DNA of 64,000 bases from Camelus dromedarius (Eukaryota), in assembly GCF_036321535.1 (NCBI RefSeq), contig NC_087437.1:6882001-6946000 (forward strand), read 5' to 3'. The position numbers and the translations under genes are program-made. Each line of letters opens with the position of its first letter. The first letter of the stretch is position 1. Positions 12,785 through 25,636 of the stretch are shown piece by piece. Below the pieces are notes generated by a model. The model searched no databases, had not been told where the DNA came from, and worked only from the letters and a program-made list of their open reading frames with translations.

Positions 12785-13335
12785 TTTTTTAATCAACAGT
12801 AATGAGATATAATTTGCCTAAACTAAAAAGCTCCATTTTAAGTGGAACAATTTCAATGAGTTATGAGACCTTTATTTATCAGTGTATCTGCCAGCACCAT
12901 TGATAGAACACCTCCCTCGCTCCTCATGCTCCTCAATTGTCCTCAAGCCACTGCCTCAGGTAACCACTAATCTGCTTTCTGTCACTGTACGTTGGTTTTT
13001 CCTGTTGCAGAATTACATATAAATGGAACTATACAGTGTATACTTTTTGTGTCTGGCTTCTTTCATTTCAGGATAATGTTTCTGCATTTCATCCACACAT
13101 ATATCAGTAACTCACTCCCTTTTACTGCTGAGTAATATTCCATAGGATGGATGTGCCATGATTTCTTCATCCATTCACCAGCTGATGGCCATTTAGGTTG
13201 TTTAAAGCTTAAGAATATTATGAATAAAGCAGCTATGAACATTTGTGCACAAGTCTTTATACGGACACGTGCTTTCATTTCTCTTGGGTGGATATCTAGA
13301 ATCAGATGATTGGATTATTTGGTACCAGCTTTTAG
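12785..13335 (-). mobile_element. Old LINE-1 (L1MB/MC-like) 3' region
   Basis: ORF 13063..13278 (MFIAALFII...KQPKWPS...EYYSAVK) is the L1 ORF2 C-terminus; typical 3' UTR phrases. Confidence 0.85.
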
Positions 13336-13499
13336 AAAGCCAATGAGTGCTCTCTAAATCTTTGTTTCTTCTGTTTTACATTATTCACTGAGCTTTCTCA
13401 GCTCCCGCGAAAAGTGTCTGCCTTCAAAGAACAGAAATAGAACTGTCTCTGTTCAGATTGTGCCTGACTGGCCAAGAGCAAGGCCCAGATCATCTCACC

Positions 13500-13795
13500 T
13501 GTTTAACACTGCTGTAAATGATCTTGTTTTCCAAAACTTCCATTTCTAATTTTGCATTGCTTGTTTACAGAAATTGGATTAATTTTTATTTGTTCACCTT
13601 GGTTCCTGTGGCCTTGCTAAACTCACTTATTATTTCCTGAAGTTTTTTGGTAGATTCCTTGGAATTTTCTACATTCAAAAAAGTCATGTTATTTGCAAAA
13701 GGGGATATTTAATCTCTTTTTAAATTCTTTGTCTTTTATTTCTTAGGACATCCTTGCCTTTTCCTGATAGTAGGGGGAAAACATTCATCCTTTCA
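13500..13795 (-). mobile_element. Old LINE-1 ORF2 fragment
   Basis: ccttgctaaactcacttatt...ttttggtagattccttggaattttctac. Confidence 0.65.
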
Positions 13796-14369
13796 ATAAA
13801 AAAGGGAGCTTCTTGATAGGATAAGATTTTAAAAACCATTAAGCAACCATGGAACATTTTCAGGAATAAAGGCTTGGGTGTCCTGGAGAGAGATTTTTCT
13901 CTATGTTATCGTGGTATTTTCCTCATTGCAGGCATTTCTATTCATGATTTATTCAGCTCAAGTCAAAAGATGAGCTGAAATATATAATGATACGCAGAGT
14001 TGGGGCTACTAATATGCAAATTAGCAACCTCTAATATGAAGTTTTCAAGAATGAAAAAAAATCTTGCCCCAATGTGCCATCCTTTCCTGTTAAAGGAATC
14101 TTAGCTCGGGGCTGATGGTAGCCCAACGCATAGGTTTTAAATTTCACTGTGAATGACTCTCTTGAAAGCACCAAGGGCATTCCTCTCCGGACCACGTTAT
14201 GAAAGCCACGGCTTTAATCCATATGTGGTTTATTAATACGCCCAGATAAGGAGTTACCAGGAATACGTTCAGTTAGCCTGTTCCACCCCAATCACATTTT
14301 TAGTAGTCCAGGGATTTCCTGCTGTATTTGAAAACACTTCGACAATAAAATTATGTTAAGAATAACTAA

Positions 14370-14682
14370 GATAGTGATGGAGGTTGAACAAACCCAAAAG
14401 CAACATGGCACCAGTCAGAGGTGGCCATGAATGGATAAGTACCCCAGCATTCCCAGCCCTGGGGGACAATTCTGAGTTTTATTCCACATGGTTCTTCTGA
14501 GTCTTTAATGGACCTCAGCCCCGGTGGCTCTCCTTATAATCCGCTGATTAATGCACACTTTTCACTGGTGTTTTTCCCTTCCCTTCTCATTTTGCCAACC
14601 CCTTCACTCTTGTCCCAGATACGCTGCTGGCACTCAAGTCTAAGTCTTAATGTCTGCTTTCATGGAATCCAACATAAAATAG
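14370..14682 (+). mobile_element. ERVL LTR16-like fragment
   Basis: atggataagtaccccagc...gggacaattctgag...gtctgctttcatggaatccaacataaaata resembles the recalled LTR16 3' half. Confidence 0.55.
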
Positions 14683-14984
14683 TAGTTATTCAATAAATAT
14701 TTGCTGGATAGATTTTTAAATGTAGTTTCATAAGAAAAGAAGCACGACCAATAGACCATTACATACGAGAACGCACGACGACACTGAAATTTTCTGGGCA
14801 AACACCCTCTACATAATTTCTTCACCTCTCTCACATCCTCTGCTATTTTAGACTCTTTTTCTTGGGTTGACAAGACTGTCTGTCAATCTTGAGCCATAAA
14901 GCCACCTGTTACAAAAGACCCCCCATGCAAGGAAAGAGAGCCTCTTCCTTCCAGGGCCTCCTTCAGTAATATTTCATGGCTCCT

Positions 14985-15375
14985 GTCCTAAAAACTCAGT
15001 GGCATTCAACAATGAGTATTTACTCTCATGGTCATGAGTCTTCAGTTTTGCTGTAGGATCAGCTGTTCTAGGGCGGGCTCAGCTGGACTGTGTTTCATTC
15101 TGGGCTTTTGGTTGAGCTTGGCTCCTCCCTGTGAGTTGGACTCAAGTCTGCTCCATGTGTGTTTATTCTGCCTCCAGCAGAAAGAGAAGTAGCGACCCAA
15201 GATGCTGAATGCCTCTGCTTGCCTCAAGACAACCAATGTTCCATGGGCCAACGCAAGTCCCATGGCCAAGCCCAAACTCAAGGAGTCAGAGAATGTACTT
15301 GGCTATGGCAAGGGTGTGAATGCAACTCCTACCTCCTGAGAGTCAGGAATTGTAACCAATAACTCAATAGACCAC
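14985..15375 (-). mobile_element. MaLR (MLT1-type) LTR fragment
   Basis: ccatgggccaacgcaagtcccatggccaagccc, tggcaagggtgtgaat. Confidence 0.6.
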
Positions 15376-15412
15376 AAAGTCCTGGCTGGTTGGGGTGATG
15401 AATGGTCTTGCT

Positions 15413-15955
15413 TAGTGGTTCTTCAAGTGGGATCTGGAAACCTGTGGGAATCCCTGAGACCTGAGAAGAGGTCTGCAAGGTTGAAACTATGTTCATGATA
15501 AAAATCATGAGATATTATTTGATTTGTTTACTCTTATTCTCTTACGAGTGTGCAGTGCCCTTTCCCAGGGTCTATAAGGTGTGTAACATGACAACAGATT
15601 GATTGAAGAAGCAGATGTGAAAATCCAGCTGTCTTCTGAGGAGGCAGATTATAGTCAAGAGATTTGCAAAATGTAAAACAATGCCAATATTCTTGCTAAT
15701 TATTTTCAAATATATGGTAATTTTAAACAAAAGCATAGCATTTATTAACATAAATATATCAATATATTAATTATTAATTAATATAATTATCTGTATTAAT
15801 ATATAAATATATTTATTTAAATAGGTAATGACTTTTAGATTATTGTTTTTAATGAATTTGTAAATAACTATTCTAAACATTTCTCAACTTTAATGTCAAA
15901 TATGGTATCAATAGATGCAATCCATAAAAACAAAAGATCTTTGGCATCGTCAATA
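15413..15955. mobile_element. hAT-Charlie-type DNA transposon remnant, interrupted by L1
   Basis: Terminal tagtggttcttcaagtg; internal gaagcagatgtgaaaatccagctgtcttct, gagatttgcaaaatgtaaaacaatgcca. Confidence 0.65.
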
Positions 15956-15959
15956 ATTT

Positions 15960-16540
15960 ATTTATTTTTCCTATTTTTTGATTGTGGTAAAAAAAACACA
16001 TAACATGAAATTTACCATTTTAACCATTTTTATGTGTATAGTCAGTAGTGTTAAATATATTCACATTGTTGTGAAACAGCTCTCTGGAACTCTTCATCTT
16101 GCAAATCTGAGACTCTATACCCATTAAACAACAACCTTCCTTTCCCCCTCCTCCACCTTGGTAACCTCCATACTACCTTCTGTGTCTAAGAATTTGACCA
16201 CTTTAGATACATCATGTAAGTGGAATTAAACAGTATGTGTTTTTTTGTGACTGGTTCATTTTATTTAGCATAATGTTCTCCAGATCCATCCCTGTTGTAG
16301 CATGTGACAGGATTTCTTTTGTTTTTAAGGTTAAATAATATTCCACTTTATGTATATACTATATTTCATTTATCTATTCATCCATCAATGGACATCTGGG
16401 TTGCTTTAACCTCTTGGCTATTGTAAATAGCACTGCTACACATATAGGTGTGCAGATATCTTCACACTCTGCTTTCAATTCTTTTGGATTTATACCCAGA
16501 AGTGGAATTGCTAAATCATATAGTAATTCTATTTTTAATT
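15960..16540 (-). mobile_element. LINE-1 (L1MA/MB-like) 3' end
   Basis: aaatttaccattttaaccattttt...ttcatccatcaatggacatctgggttg...tatacccagaagtggaattgct. Confidence 0.85.
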
Positions 16541-16569
16541 CAATACTTTATTGTCCTATTATAAGTCTT

Positions 16570-16970
16570 TATATTTTGAGAGAATTTTAGATTCATATGC
16601 AGTTGTAAGAAATAATACAAAGAGATCTACTTATTCTTTACCCAATTTTCCCCCATGGTAAGATCTCAAAAACTATAGCACAGGACCTACTGTATAGCAC
16701 AGAACTCTATTCAGTTTTCTTGTAATAACCTACAATGGAAAAGAATCTAAAAAGAAAAAATATATATGTATTTATATGTATAACTGAATTGCTTTGCTGT
16801 ACTCTTGAAACTAACATTGTAAATCAACTACACTTCAATAAAAAAACTATAACACAATTATCACAAGGAAGACATTGCCACTGATGCAATCAAGATATAG
16901 AACATTTCCATCATGGCACCTTTTTATAGCCACACCCTCTCTCCTTCCTATCCCCTCCTTAATCTCTGCA
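16570..16970 (-). mobile_element. Old L1MC-like 3' fragment, split by a younger L1 end
   Basis: ttttagattcatatgcagttgtaagaaataatac...; resumes after 16856 (caagatatagaacatttccatc). Confidence 0.65.
16683..16846 (+). mobile_element. Short L1 3' end nested in the older L1, ~15-bp TSD
   Basis: TSD aaaaactatagcaca (16668-16682) / aaaaactataacaca (16842-16856); body ggacctactgtatagcacag...cttcaataaaaaaa. Confidence 0.85.
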
Positions 16971-17319
16971 TTGGCCATTTTTTTTTTTTCTTTCTGTACT
17001 TGATTTTACCTCCAAGTCTTTTTCATTTTTCTCAACCCACCCTGGTCCAATGGAAATGCCATTTTACATAAGTACCGGTGGAGAGACAAGCATGTGGAAA
17101 CTCCTGCCCTAGATTCTCTCTCCAGCAATGGTGACTTTACACTCACACCACCTGGCCCTCAGTAAGGAGCATATAAAAGCTGGTTCGTGTAGGACATCGC
17201 ACCACATACACCCAGGTGCTGGGGTACTTTTCCAACATGGTGTAGTCATCAGGTCCCTGAGAAGCACTGTCAGGGCAGAAGCTTGTTGCTATTTTTGGAT
17301 AAATGTTTATTATACTTCA

Positions 17320-17378
17320 TCCTTCCTTCCTTTCTTCCTACTTTCCTTCCTTCCTTCCTTCCTTCCTTTCTTTCTTTC
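17320..17378. repeat. (TTCC/TTTC)n microsatellite
   Basis: Direct reading. Confidence 0.85.
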
Positions 17379-18270
17379 CACCCAGAGGCTGTTGTGATAG
17401 GTTTATTTTTAGCACTAAATAAATAAAGGAATAGAATACTGGGTTCAAACCCAGACAGATTTAGACTCTGAAGCTTCTTTCCCCTAGACACACTGACAGC
17501 ATTATTCAGTCTCTGTGGGTTTCATGAGCCCAAGAGATAAGAGAGATGAAGGCAGGGCCCTTTGTTCCTCCTGCATTTCTCCAGAACCTGGCACCCAACC
17601 ACCGGACCTACAGAAACAGCCTTTCTGAAATTGGGAAGGTTCTTTATGCAAGAAGAAATCATTTAAACCCCTGTTGTCTGGCTTTACCTCAACAAAACTC
17701 TCTCTAGACTGAATCATTTCCCCAAGGGCCATCAAGCCAAGTGCCAATTTAATCTCCAGTCCTCACAGGAGACGTTTACAGGTGTCGGTGTTGTGCCCTT
17801 CTCAGGATAGGAATAAGACAGCTCTCACTTTCTGCTGGGCCGGGAAGCGCTGACGGCAGCAGAGAGCAAATGCTCTCAGAGTCTCATCCATCTCACAGAG
17901 CAGATGGATGCGGCAATTAGCGCAAGAACAATTTTGCCAAGAATATTAACACTTCTTGAGTTTATCAAGAAGGGGTGAAATTCCTAGTCAATAATTTTCT
18001 AAATTTATAGAACAGTTACTGGTGAGCAACAGGGTGTAGGATCTCCGGTCTCGTGTAGACCAATGAGAGAATTCGTAGAATGAAAGAATCAGGTTCTTCA
18101 TCCACGTCAAGTGAAATGTGGAATTGAGAACAAAAGAGTTGTCTAGTTAATCTATGCTCCAACTCTTCTGAAAAATGCTAAAATGATTCTTTTGTCTTGA
18201 CACAAGTTATCCAGAAAATTGCTTTAATTCTTTTCCTTTGCAAATGTAGGCACAGCTTAACGACCCAGGG

Positions 18271-18494
18271 CAGAGGTTGACAAATGTTGTCTAGAAAAGG
18301 GTCAGAGAGTAAATATTTTAGACTTGAGAGTATGATCTCTTTCACAACCACTCTTAATTCTACTGCTGTAGCACAAAACAGTCACAGATGACAGGTAAAT
18401 GCATGAGCATGGTGGCTATGTGCCAATAAAACTTTATTTATAATACAGGCAGTAGGATAGACTTGACCTATGGATCGCGGTTTACCGATCTCTG
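18271..18494. mobile_element. MER58-like hAT-Charlie MITE
   Basis: Terminal inverted repeats cagaggttgacaaa...tttaccgatctctg; internal gtaaatattttagactt, gccaataaaactttattta. Confidence 0.8.
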
Positions 18495-19049
18495 ATCTGG
18501 GGCACTGAGACTCATTTGATCCTCTCTGATATTATATAATATATATTATATTATATATATAAAAATCTTTCCCTTTCTAAAATTAGGGTACTTATTGCAA
18601 GCACCATACTTAAAAATAGACAGTGTTTCTAGAACCACTAAAAGAGGTCAGTTTGCTGTGTGAGTCCCAATTTTTTTTTTTTTACTCATAATATGGAAAT
18701 TTGCAGAAGTTTTGCCCCCCTGCCTTTGAGTAATCTCACATACCGGCCAAGGTTTTTCTATTTCCTCCCCAGCATCTTCGTCCTTCTCTTCCTGTGCCCC
18801 TCTTCTTTCCCTAGCTCCTTTTCCTCCCTTCGTGTTTTGTTATTTTTTTTGCACAGTCCTCCACTTACTCCCTTTCCATGTTTCAACTTCACTGGGTCAG
18901 ACAGAATTTTGTGGCTGAGCCTGATGACCTAATCGAGAGTTGAGTGTTAAAGCTGTCACCTTTGTGGCAAATAAGGCTAAAACAGTGAGTGCCCAGGCGA
19001 AAACAACAACTGCCTTTTAAGAGGTGAAAGAGATGTTTGGAGGTATGTC

Positions 19050-19200
19050 CACTGCGGCCAGTAACACAGACCCTCTGTGCCTCAGTTGAATTTTCCATAA
19101 TACAAGGATAATAATGTGTCTCCCTTCTATGGTTGTGAAGCAGATTGGGTTTGTCGTGTAAAGGACCTAGGACAGTGCTAACACATGAAGTTCAGGAACA
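19050..19200 (+). mobile_element. MIR SINE
   Basis: ccctctgtgcctcagtt...ggataataat...ggttgtgaag...gtaaaggacctaggacagtgct. Confidence 0.6.
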
Positions 19201-19286
19201 AGGCAAGGATATTTGCTCTTAGCCTATCTAGCCAACATCATACTGGACATTCTAAAAAATAAAATAAAGAAACTAAAGAAAGCATT

Positions 19287-20269
19287 TATAAGTCTATTCC
19301 TAGTCTTTTGAGGAATCTCCATACTGTTTTCCACAGTGGCTGCACCAAAGTGCATTCCCACCAGCAGTGGAGGAGGGTTCCCTTTTATCCACAGCCTCTC
19401 CAGCATTTGTCATTTGTGGATTTTTGAATGATGGCCATTCTGGCTGGTGTGAGGTGATATCTCATTGCAGTTTTGATTTGCATTTCTCTGATAATTAGTG
19501 ATCTTGAGCATTTTTTCATGCGCCTATTGATCACTTGTATTTCTTTCTTGGCGAATTGCTTGTTTAGGTTTTTTGCCCATTTTTGGATGGGGTTGTTTGT
19601 TTCTTTCTTGTTAAGTCGTATAGACTTACCATATGACCCAGGAATCCTTCTCCTGGGCATATATCCAGAAGGAACCCTACTTCAAAATGACACCTGCACC
19701 CCAATGTTCATAGCAGCACTATTTACAATAGCCAAGACATGGAAACAGGCTAAATGTCCATCAACAGATGACTGAGTAAAGAAGATGTGGTATATTAATA
19801 CAATGGAATACAATTCAGCCATAAAAACTGACAACATAATGCCATTTGCAGCAACATGGATGTTCCTAGAGAATGTGATTCTAAGTGAAGTAAGCCAGAA
19901 AGAGAAAGAAAAATACCATATGAGATTGCTCATATGTGGAATCTAAAAAAAACAAAACATAAATACAAAACAGAAACAGACTCATAGATACAGAATACAA
20001 ACTTCTGGTTGCCAAGGGGGCAGGGGATGGGAAGGGACAGACTGGGACTTCAAAATATAGAACAGATAAACAAGATTATACAGCATAGCACAGGGAAATA
20101 CATACAAGATCTTATTGTAGCTCACCGTGAAAAAAAATGTGACAATGAATATATATATGTTCATGGATAACTGAAAAATTGTGCTCTACACTGGAATTTG
20201 ACACAACATTGTAAAATGACTATAACTCAATAAAAAAAAGTAAAAAAAAGAAAAAGAACACAGAAAGAA

Positions 20270-20336
<67 letters not shown>
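19287..20336 (+). mobile_element. Young 5'-inverted LINE-1: antisense segment 19287-~19619, sense segment ~19620-20240, A-rich/(GAAA)n tail
   Basis: Minus-strand ORF2 peptide ([23 protein letters not shown]) abuts a plus-strand continuation ([15 protein letters not shown]...[15 protein letters not shown]). Confidence 0.92.
20272..20335. repeat. Perfect (GAAA)16 microsatellite derived from the L1 tail
   Basis: Direct count. Confidence 0.92.
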
Positions 20337-22322
20337 GCACTGAGATGGGAAAGAAGAAATAAAACTGTCTTTGTTTGTGGAGGACATGATGGTCTGTGTA
20401 GAAAACCTGACAGAATCTGCAGAAATGCTGCTAGAACTATGAAGTGAGTTTAGGCTAGGTTGCAGGATAAAATATAAATATACAAAAAAAAAAAAAAAAC
20501 AATTGTGTTTCTATATACTAAGAATAAGTCATTGGAAGTCAAAATGTAAAAAATATATCCTATGCCCTGGAATAAAAAATATGAAACCATTTAGCGAGAA
20601 ATCTGACAACCATGCTAGAACTGGACAATAAAAATGTTAAAACATTGCTGCAGAAATGAAAGAAGCCCTGAATAAATGAAGAGCTATATCGTGTTCACAA
20701 GTCTAAAGAGTCAGTATTGTTAGAATGTCCATTCTTCCCAAAATGATCTATGGAGTCGAAGCAATCCCAGTCCTAATTCAGCATTTTTTTTTTTTTGTAG
20801 AAATTGACAAACTGCATCTAAAATTCACAGGGAAATGAAAAGACCCAGAACCATCCAAATGACTTAGAAGAAGAATGAAGTTAGAAGATGTAGGTTGCCT
20901 GCAGGCTTATTAGAAAGTTATAGTAATCAAGACCGTGTGGTCTTAGTGGAAAGGTTGATAGAGCGACAAAACAAAATGGAAAGCCCAGAAATGACTCGTG
21001 TATGGTCAGCTGATTTTTGACAAAGGGGCAAAGGCAATTCAATGGAGAAAGAATAGTCTTTTAAACAAATGGTACTGGAACAATTGGAAATACATTTTTT
21101 TTTAAAAAAAAAGAAAAGAAAAAACAATTTTGATGCGTACCTTGATACTTTGCACCATATACAAAAAATTAACTCAAAATGGATCATAGTTTTAAATGTA
21201 AATCCTGTGACCTTCAATTAGGCAAATATTACTTACATACAACACTGAAAGCACAACCTTTAAAAGAAAAAAATTGTTAAATTGGATGTCATCAAAATCA
21301 AGAATTTTTCCTGTTGTTTAAAGGACACTGTTCAGAGAATAAAAATATAAGCCAGAGACTGACAGAAAATATTTGCAAATCATGTATCTGACAAAGGACT
21401 TGTAACCATAACATATAAAAGACACTCAAAACTCAACAATAAGAAAACGAACAACCCAATAAAAAAAGAGGTAAAAGAACAGACAGTTCTTAAAGCAAGA
21501 TATATAAATAGCAAATCATATAAAAAGATATTCAATTACAGAAATGCAACTTACTACAGAAATGCAATTTAAAATCACAATGAGATATCACTACACCCCA
21601 CTGAGAAAGTTTAAAATGAAAAACACTGACCCTGTCATGTGTTGACAAGAATTGAAGTAACAGGAACTCTCAGAAACTGCTGCTGGAAACGTAAAACAGT
21701 ACAATGCGTTTGGAAAACAGTTTGTCAGTTTCTTATAAGGTTAAACTAATACTTATAATGCGAGAAGTTATTTTACTCCTAGGGATTCACCCAAGAGAAA
21801 AGCAATCTGCCTATACAAAGGCATGTCTATACGTGCTCGTAGCATCTTTATCCGTAACAGCCCCAAACTGGAAACAACCCAAATATCCATCAAACGCTTA
21901 CTGGATAAACAAACTGCACTATGTCCACAAAAGGCAATATTTTGCAATAATACATAGAATGAGCATGGATGAATCTGAAAATAATCATGCTTTGTGAAAG
22001 AAGCCAGAAAAAAGTGAGTACACTCTGAATTATTCTATTTATATAAAATTCTAGACCATGCAAACTCACCTACAGTGACAGAAAGCAGATCGGTGGTTTC
22101 ATGGGGACGGTGACAGATGAAGATGGGAAAGGTGGGAGGGAGGAAATATTACAAAAGGGGACAAGGAAACTACTGGGATGCTGGGTGTGTTCATTTTGTT
22201 CCCAGTTGTGTGTGTGTGTCTGTCATATTTGTATTTGACATTATGTCAAAACTTACCAAACTGGATACTTGAAATATCATACAGTTTATGGTGTATCAAT
22301 TATACCTCAACAAAGCTGTTAA
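20337..22322 (+). mobile_element. Older LINE-1 (ORF2 RT region to 3' end), host of the inverted L1; a short 5' piece lies at ~19225-19286
   Basis: Degenerate FADDM region (tttgtggaggacatgatg), gatttttgacaaaggggcaaaggcaattcaatgga, 3' end tcaattatacctcaacaaagctgtt. Confidence 0.88.
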
Positions 22323-24197
22323 ATCCTTTGGTAGCCCATCCTCATAAATTGTACAGGCTCTCATGATACGCATTTCTGTGTGTCAGACATACCTTTCATT
22401 TTGTGTTATTTCCTATCCAAGTTTTGGATTAATTTTGTTTTCTTTTTTCTCCTATGTTATTATAGTATATATGAAAGCCTTCGCAAATTCTTTTTGTAAT
22501 AAGATGGGGGTAGAACACACACACACACAAACAATACAATCATGCCGTATTTCAGCAGGACCATGGGATGCTAACAAAAGCCTCTTGACAAATGTCCATT
22601 TAAAATGTGTCACCAAGAGAACTGTCTGTGGGATATGGCATTCATTTCCTACTCTACACCCAACACCTCTTCTGACTGGTCTGATCTCATTTATTCATTC
22701 ATTTACTTTCAAATGCATATTCCCGTGGCAGGATTTGAGTAATACAAACACATGATACTGAATTTACTTGTTCTTACATGGTTGATTGTAACCGTAGTTT
22801 AAGCATCGCACGAAAAACTGTAGATATGGGTCGAAAGTTCTACTAATGCTAGATGGAGCTTCACCTCTTTATTATTTTCTTTCTTAGATGTTCAGTAGAG
22901 TAATTTATTCTCAGAGTCATCCTGACACATTCTGACATTTGAGCGGTTTGATTTTATTTGATGTATTACCCTTTTTTAAAAATAGGATGCATGCCAGACG
23001 CCTCTGTGAACTGCAGTGTTTATAGCACAGAATTATTAATTAGATGTAGTTTTTCATTTGAAAAAGAAGTTCACTGGACTGTACCCATTGGAGTGGGAAT
23101 TCATTTAATGTAGTTTGAAATAGAGGACTTACTGAATGCACTTTGTGTGTTATTTCTTTTTCTTGAAGCGCATACCCCTGTTTAGAGATTTTTTTTTCTC
23201 CCCAGGCTAAGGAGCTTTCTGTCCTTTTTAATTTTGCCTTCACGGGCATGTTGCAAACACTCCACCACGCTCTTTTTTTTTCAGGTCCATTGTAGTAGAG
23301 CCAATTCTTCGTTTCTCTGCTTCTCACCTGTTCCTGTCTATTTATTTGTGTATAAGATGTCAAAGGAAAATGAAAAGTAACACCTCAAAATACCACCTTG
23401 AAAAAGAAAATGCCAACAAATTCTTTTCTGCACCTGAAGCTTTTAATTCTTTAATCCACCATGGAATGTTGCTTAATTACATATTTTATTATGCATAACT
23501 GAAAATTATGTACTTTAGTTTCAACAATGATATGAAAGCATGTATTGTTTATAAATAAAGAGCGGCTGGTTTGTCTCTATTTTTTTAATGTTACAAATAT
23601 TTGTGGAATTCTCGCAGGTTTTCTTTCTAAAATTGGCTTTTTGAAATTCTCAGAGCGTCCTGAGAAACACTTCAGGCTTTAGTATTTTCTCTGGAAATCA
23701 GAAAATTCATTACTTTGCAAAAGCGAGACGATGTCATAACATCATGATGGGCAAAAGCCACTAAACAGTTTGGATATTTTCATAAGCTTCATCAGAATTC
23801 TAACAAGTTTCACAAAGTATTTATTACTAGAAAAATGTTACAGTTGTTGAACTGGGTGCTGAATTCTTGGGGGTTCATTATGCTATTCTACTTTTTTGTG
23901 TGTATTTGAAAATTCCTGTAATAAAAGGTATGTTTTTAAAAATTTGGGATGTATGCATATGGATTTTACACCAGGATGGCAGAGTTTGGGGGTTAATTTT
24001 TCATTCAGTTGACTTCAATTTCAATTACTTAGGGATGGACTTTTTCATATTAGTAAAATGTTACATCATATTTCTGAAAAATTTGAGTTGCATTAAATTT
24101 TTTCTGCATTTAAAAAACTTTCATTAAGGAGAAAACAGAGATAGAAATTTGTAGATATAAGACTTGGGTTTGAAACCAGTATGTCCACCTAACAGCC

Positions 24198-24677
24198 TGT
24201 CGACTGAAATAAATGCACAGCTTAAAAGTTGAAAGTTATGTTTTATTTGGTGGGCATTTCTGAGGACTCGAATCCCTTCGAGCCCCCGATGACAGCATCT
24301 CAGAGGGCTTTGAGGGACTGCTCTGAAGAGGTAGGGGAGAGGCTAGGATATACTGGAGTTTCACAACAAAGACCACGTAGTTGGAACATTAAAAAATTAC
24401 TTGTTAACTAAAGAAAACCAGGCATCTCAAGTTAAAGAATTTAGTGCTATTCTATGTGGAGGAAGCAAACATTTGAGCTCATTGAATTCATTCCTTTGAC
24501 AAGCACCTAGCTATCTAGGGCTAGTATCCTGTCCTTTCTTATTCTGAGTCCCCTCAGGGTGCACCACTGTGAGTGGGTGCAGAGGCCGGGCTGCACTGCT
24601 GGGGGGCAGCCTCTGATGACTTGATGGCTTCAGCATTCTTTGTTTACTGATACGGTTTGCAGTATTTTTTGTTCACA
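24198..24677 (-). mobile_element. ERV1 solo LTR (MER41-like), 480 bp, inserted in a MIR
   Basis: TG...CA termini; flanks AGCC (24194-24197) / AGCT (24678-24681); minus-strand AATAAA at ~24242. The phrases aaagaaaaccaggcatctcaagttaaagaatttagtgct and gaattcattcctttga resemble recalled MER41-family LTRs. MIR halves on both sides. Confidence 0.8.
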
Positions 24678-25630
24678 AGCTGAACAAATCAGTTACCCTA
24701 TTTGAGTCTCCCCTCCCTTGTCGCTGAAGTGGGCATTTTGGTGCCTGCCGGAAGAACCCACAGTAGAGTGTAGATGTATTTGTGGTAGTGCTTTACAAGC
24801 AGTGTCTTGGAAAACGAAGCGTTCTACAAATGTTGCTATCATTTGAAGCATCTTTGAGGGCAATTCTAGGGATGGGACCTCAGAAAGTCAGAAGCCTTTG
24901 TATGCTTTGTCTGGTGGAACAAATATTTGGAAATTAAAATTGAAAACAAAAGGTGGAGTAGGCGAACCCATCTGGCATTAAGATGCTGTTGGATGGGTTT
25001 ACACGCTGGACGAATGCTTGCTTTGCATCCCATTGCCACAGACTCAGTGAATTAATGCCTACATTTAAATATTTGAACCTTCTCAACATTCTCATTTAAC
25101 AGCTACTGTTGGTTCTTTTGTGACTAGAAAATCAGCAGTCCAGGGGACATGCTTTCTGAGGGGCTTAGGGGCATGAATCAGAGACTGCCACTGTGATGAA
25201 AACTAATTTGAATACCATAAAAAGAGAATATTCAAGAACAGTAAAAATTAATGCAACTGAGAGTAAAGAAATAATGTTCAACATTTAACTTGGTGCCAAA
25301 TCTGTCACTTTAGAGTTTCTCCGTATTTTCTTTACCAGGCAGCAAAAATAACGTAGGGCTCTGCTGTTCCTTAATCACCTCATCAACGAGGACCGGAGAC
25401 CACGGCCCAAGTCACGTGCTTTGGATCACAAGAGGGATCTTCCCAGTTGACAGTTGATAGAAGGTGATTTCATACATGAACCTTGATATAGGGCAAGAAA
25501 CCAAAATGGAACTTTTGTAGACTTATTTTGGTAAAATTAAATGTGGATGTACATACGATCCACATAGGGAGGTAAAGTAAGGAAGGCTTAAAAATGTGGC
25601 TCATCTTTGAAACATGAATTCCAAACTATT

Positions 25631-25636
25631 TTTATT
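25631..25636 (-). promoter_or_regulatory. Candidate distal poly(A) signal AATAAA
   Basis: Canonical hexamer near the end of the repeat-free AU-rich block. Other AATAAA copies exist (e.g. ~26053), so the choice is not unique. Confidence 0.4.
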
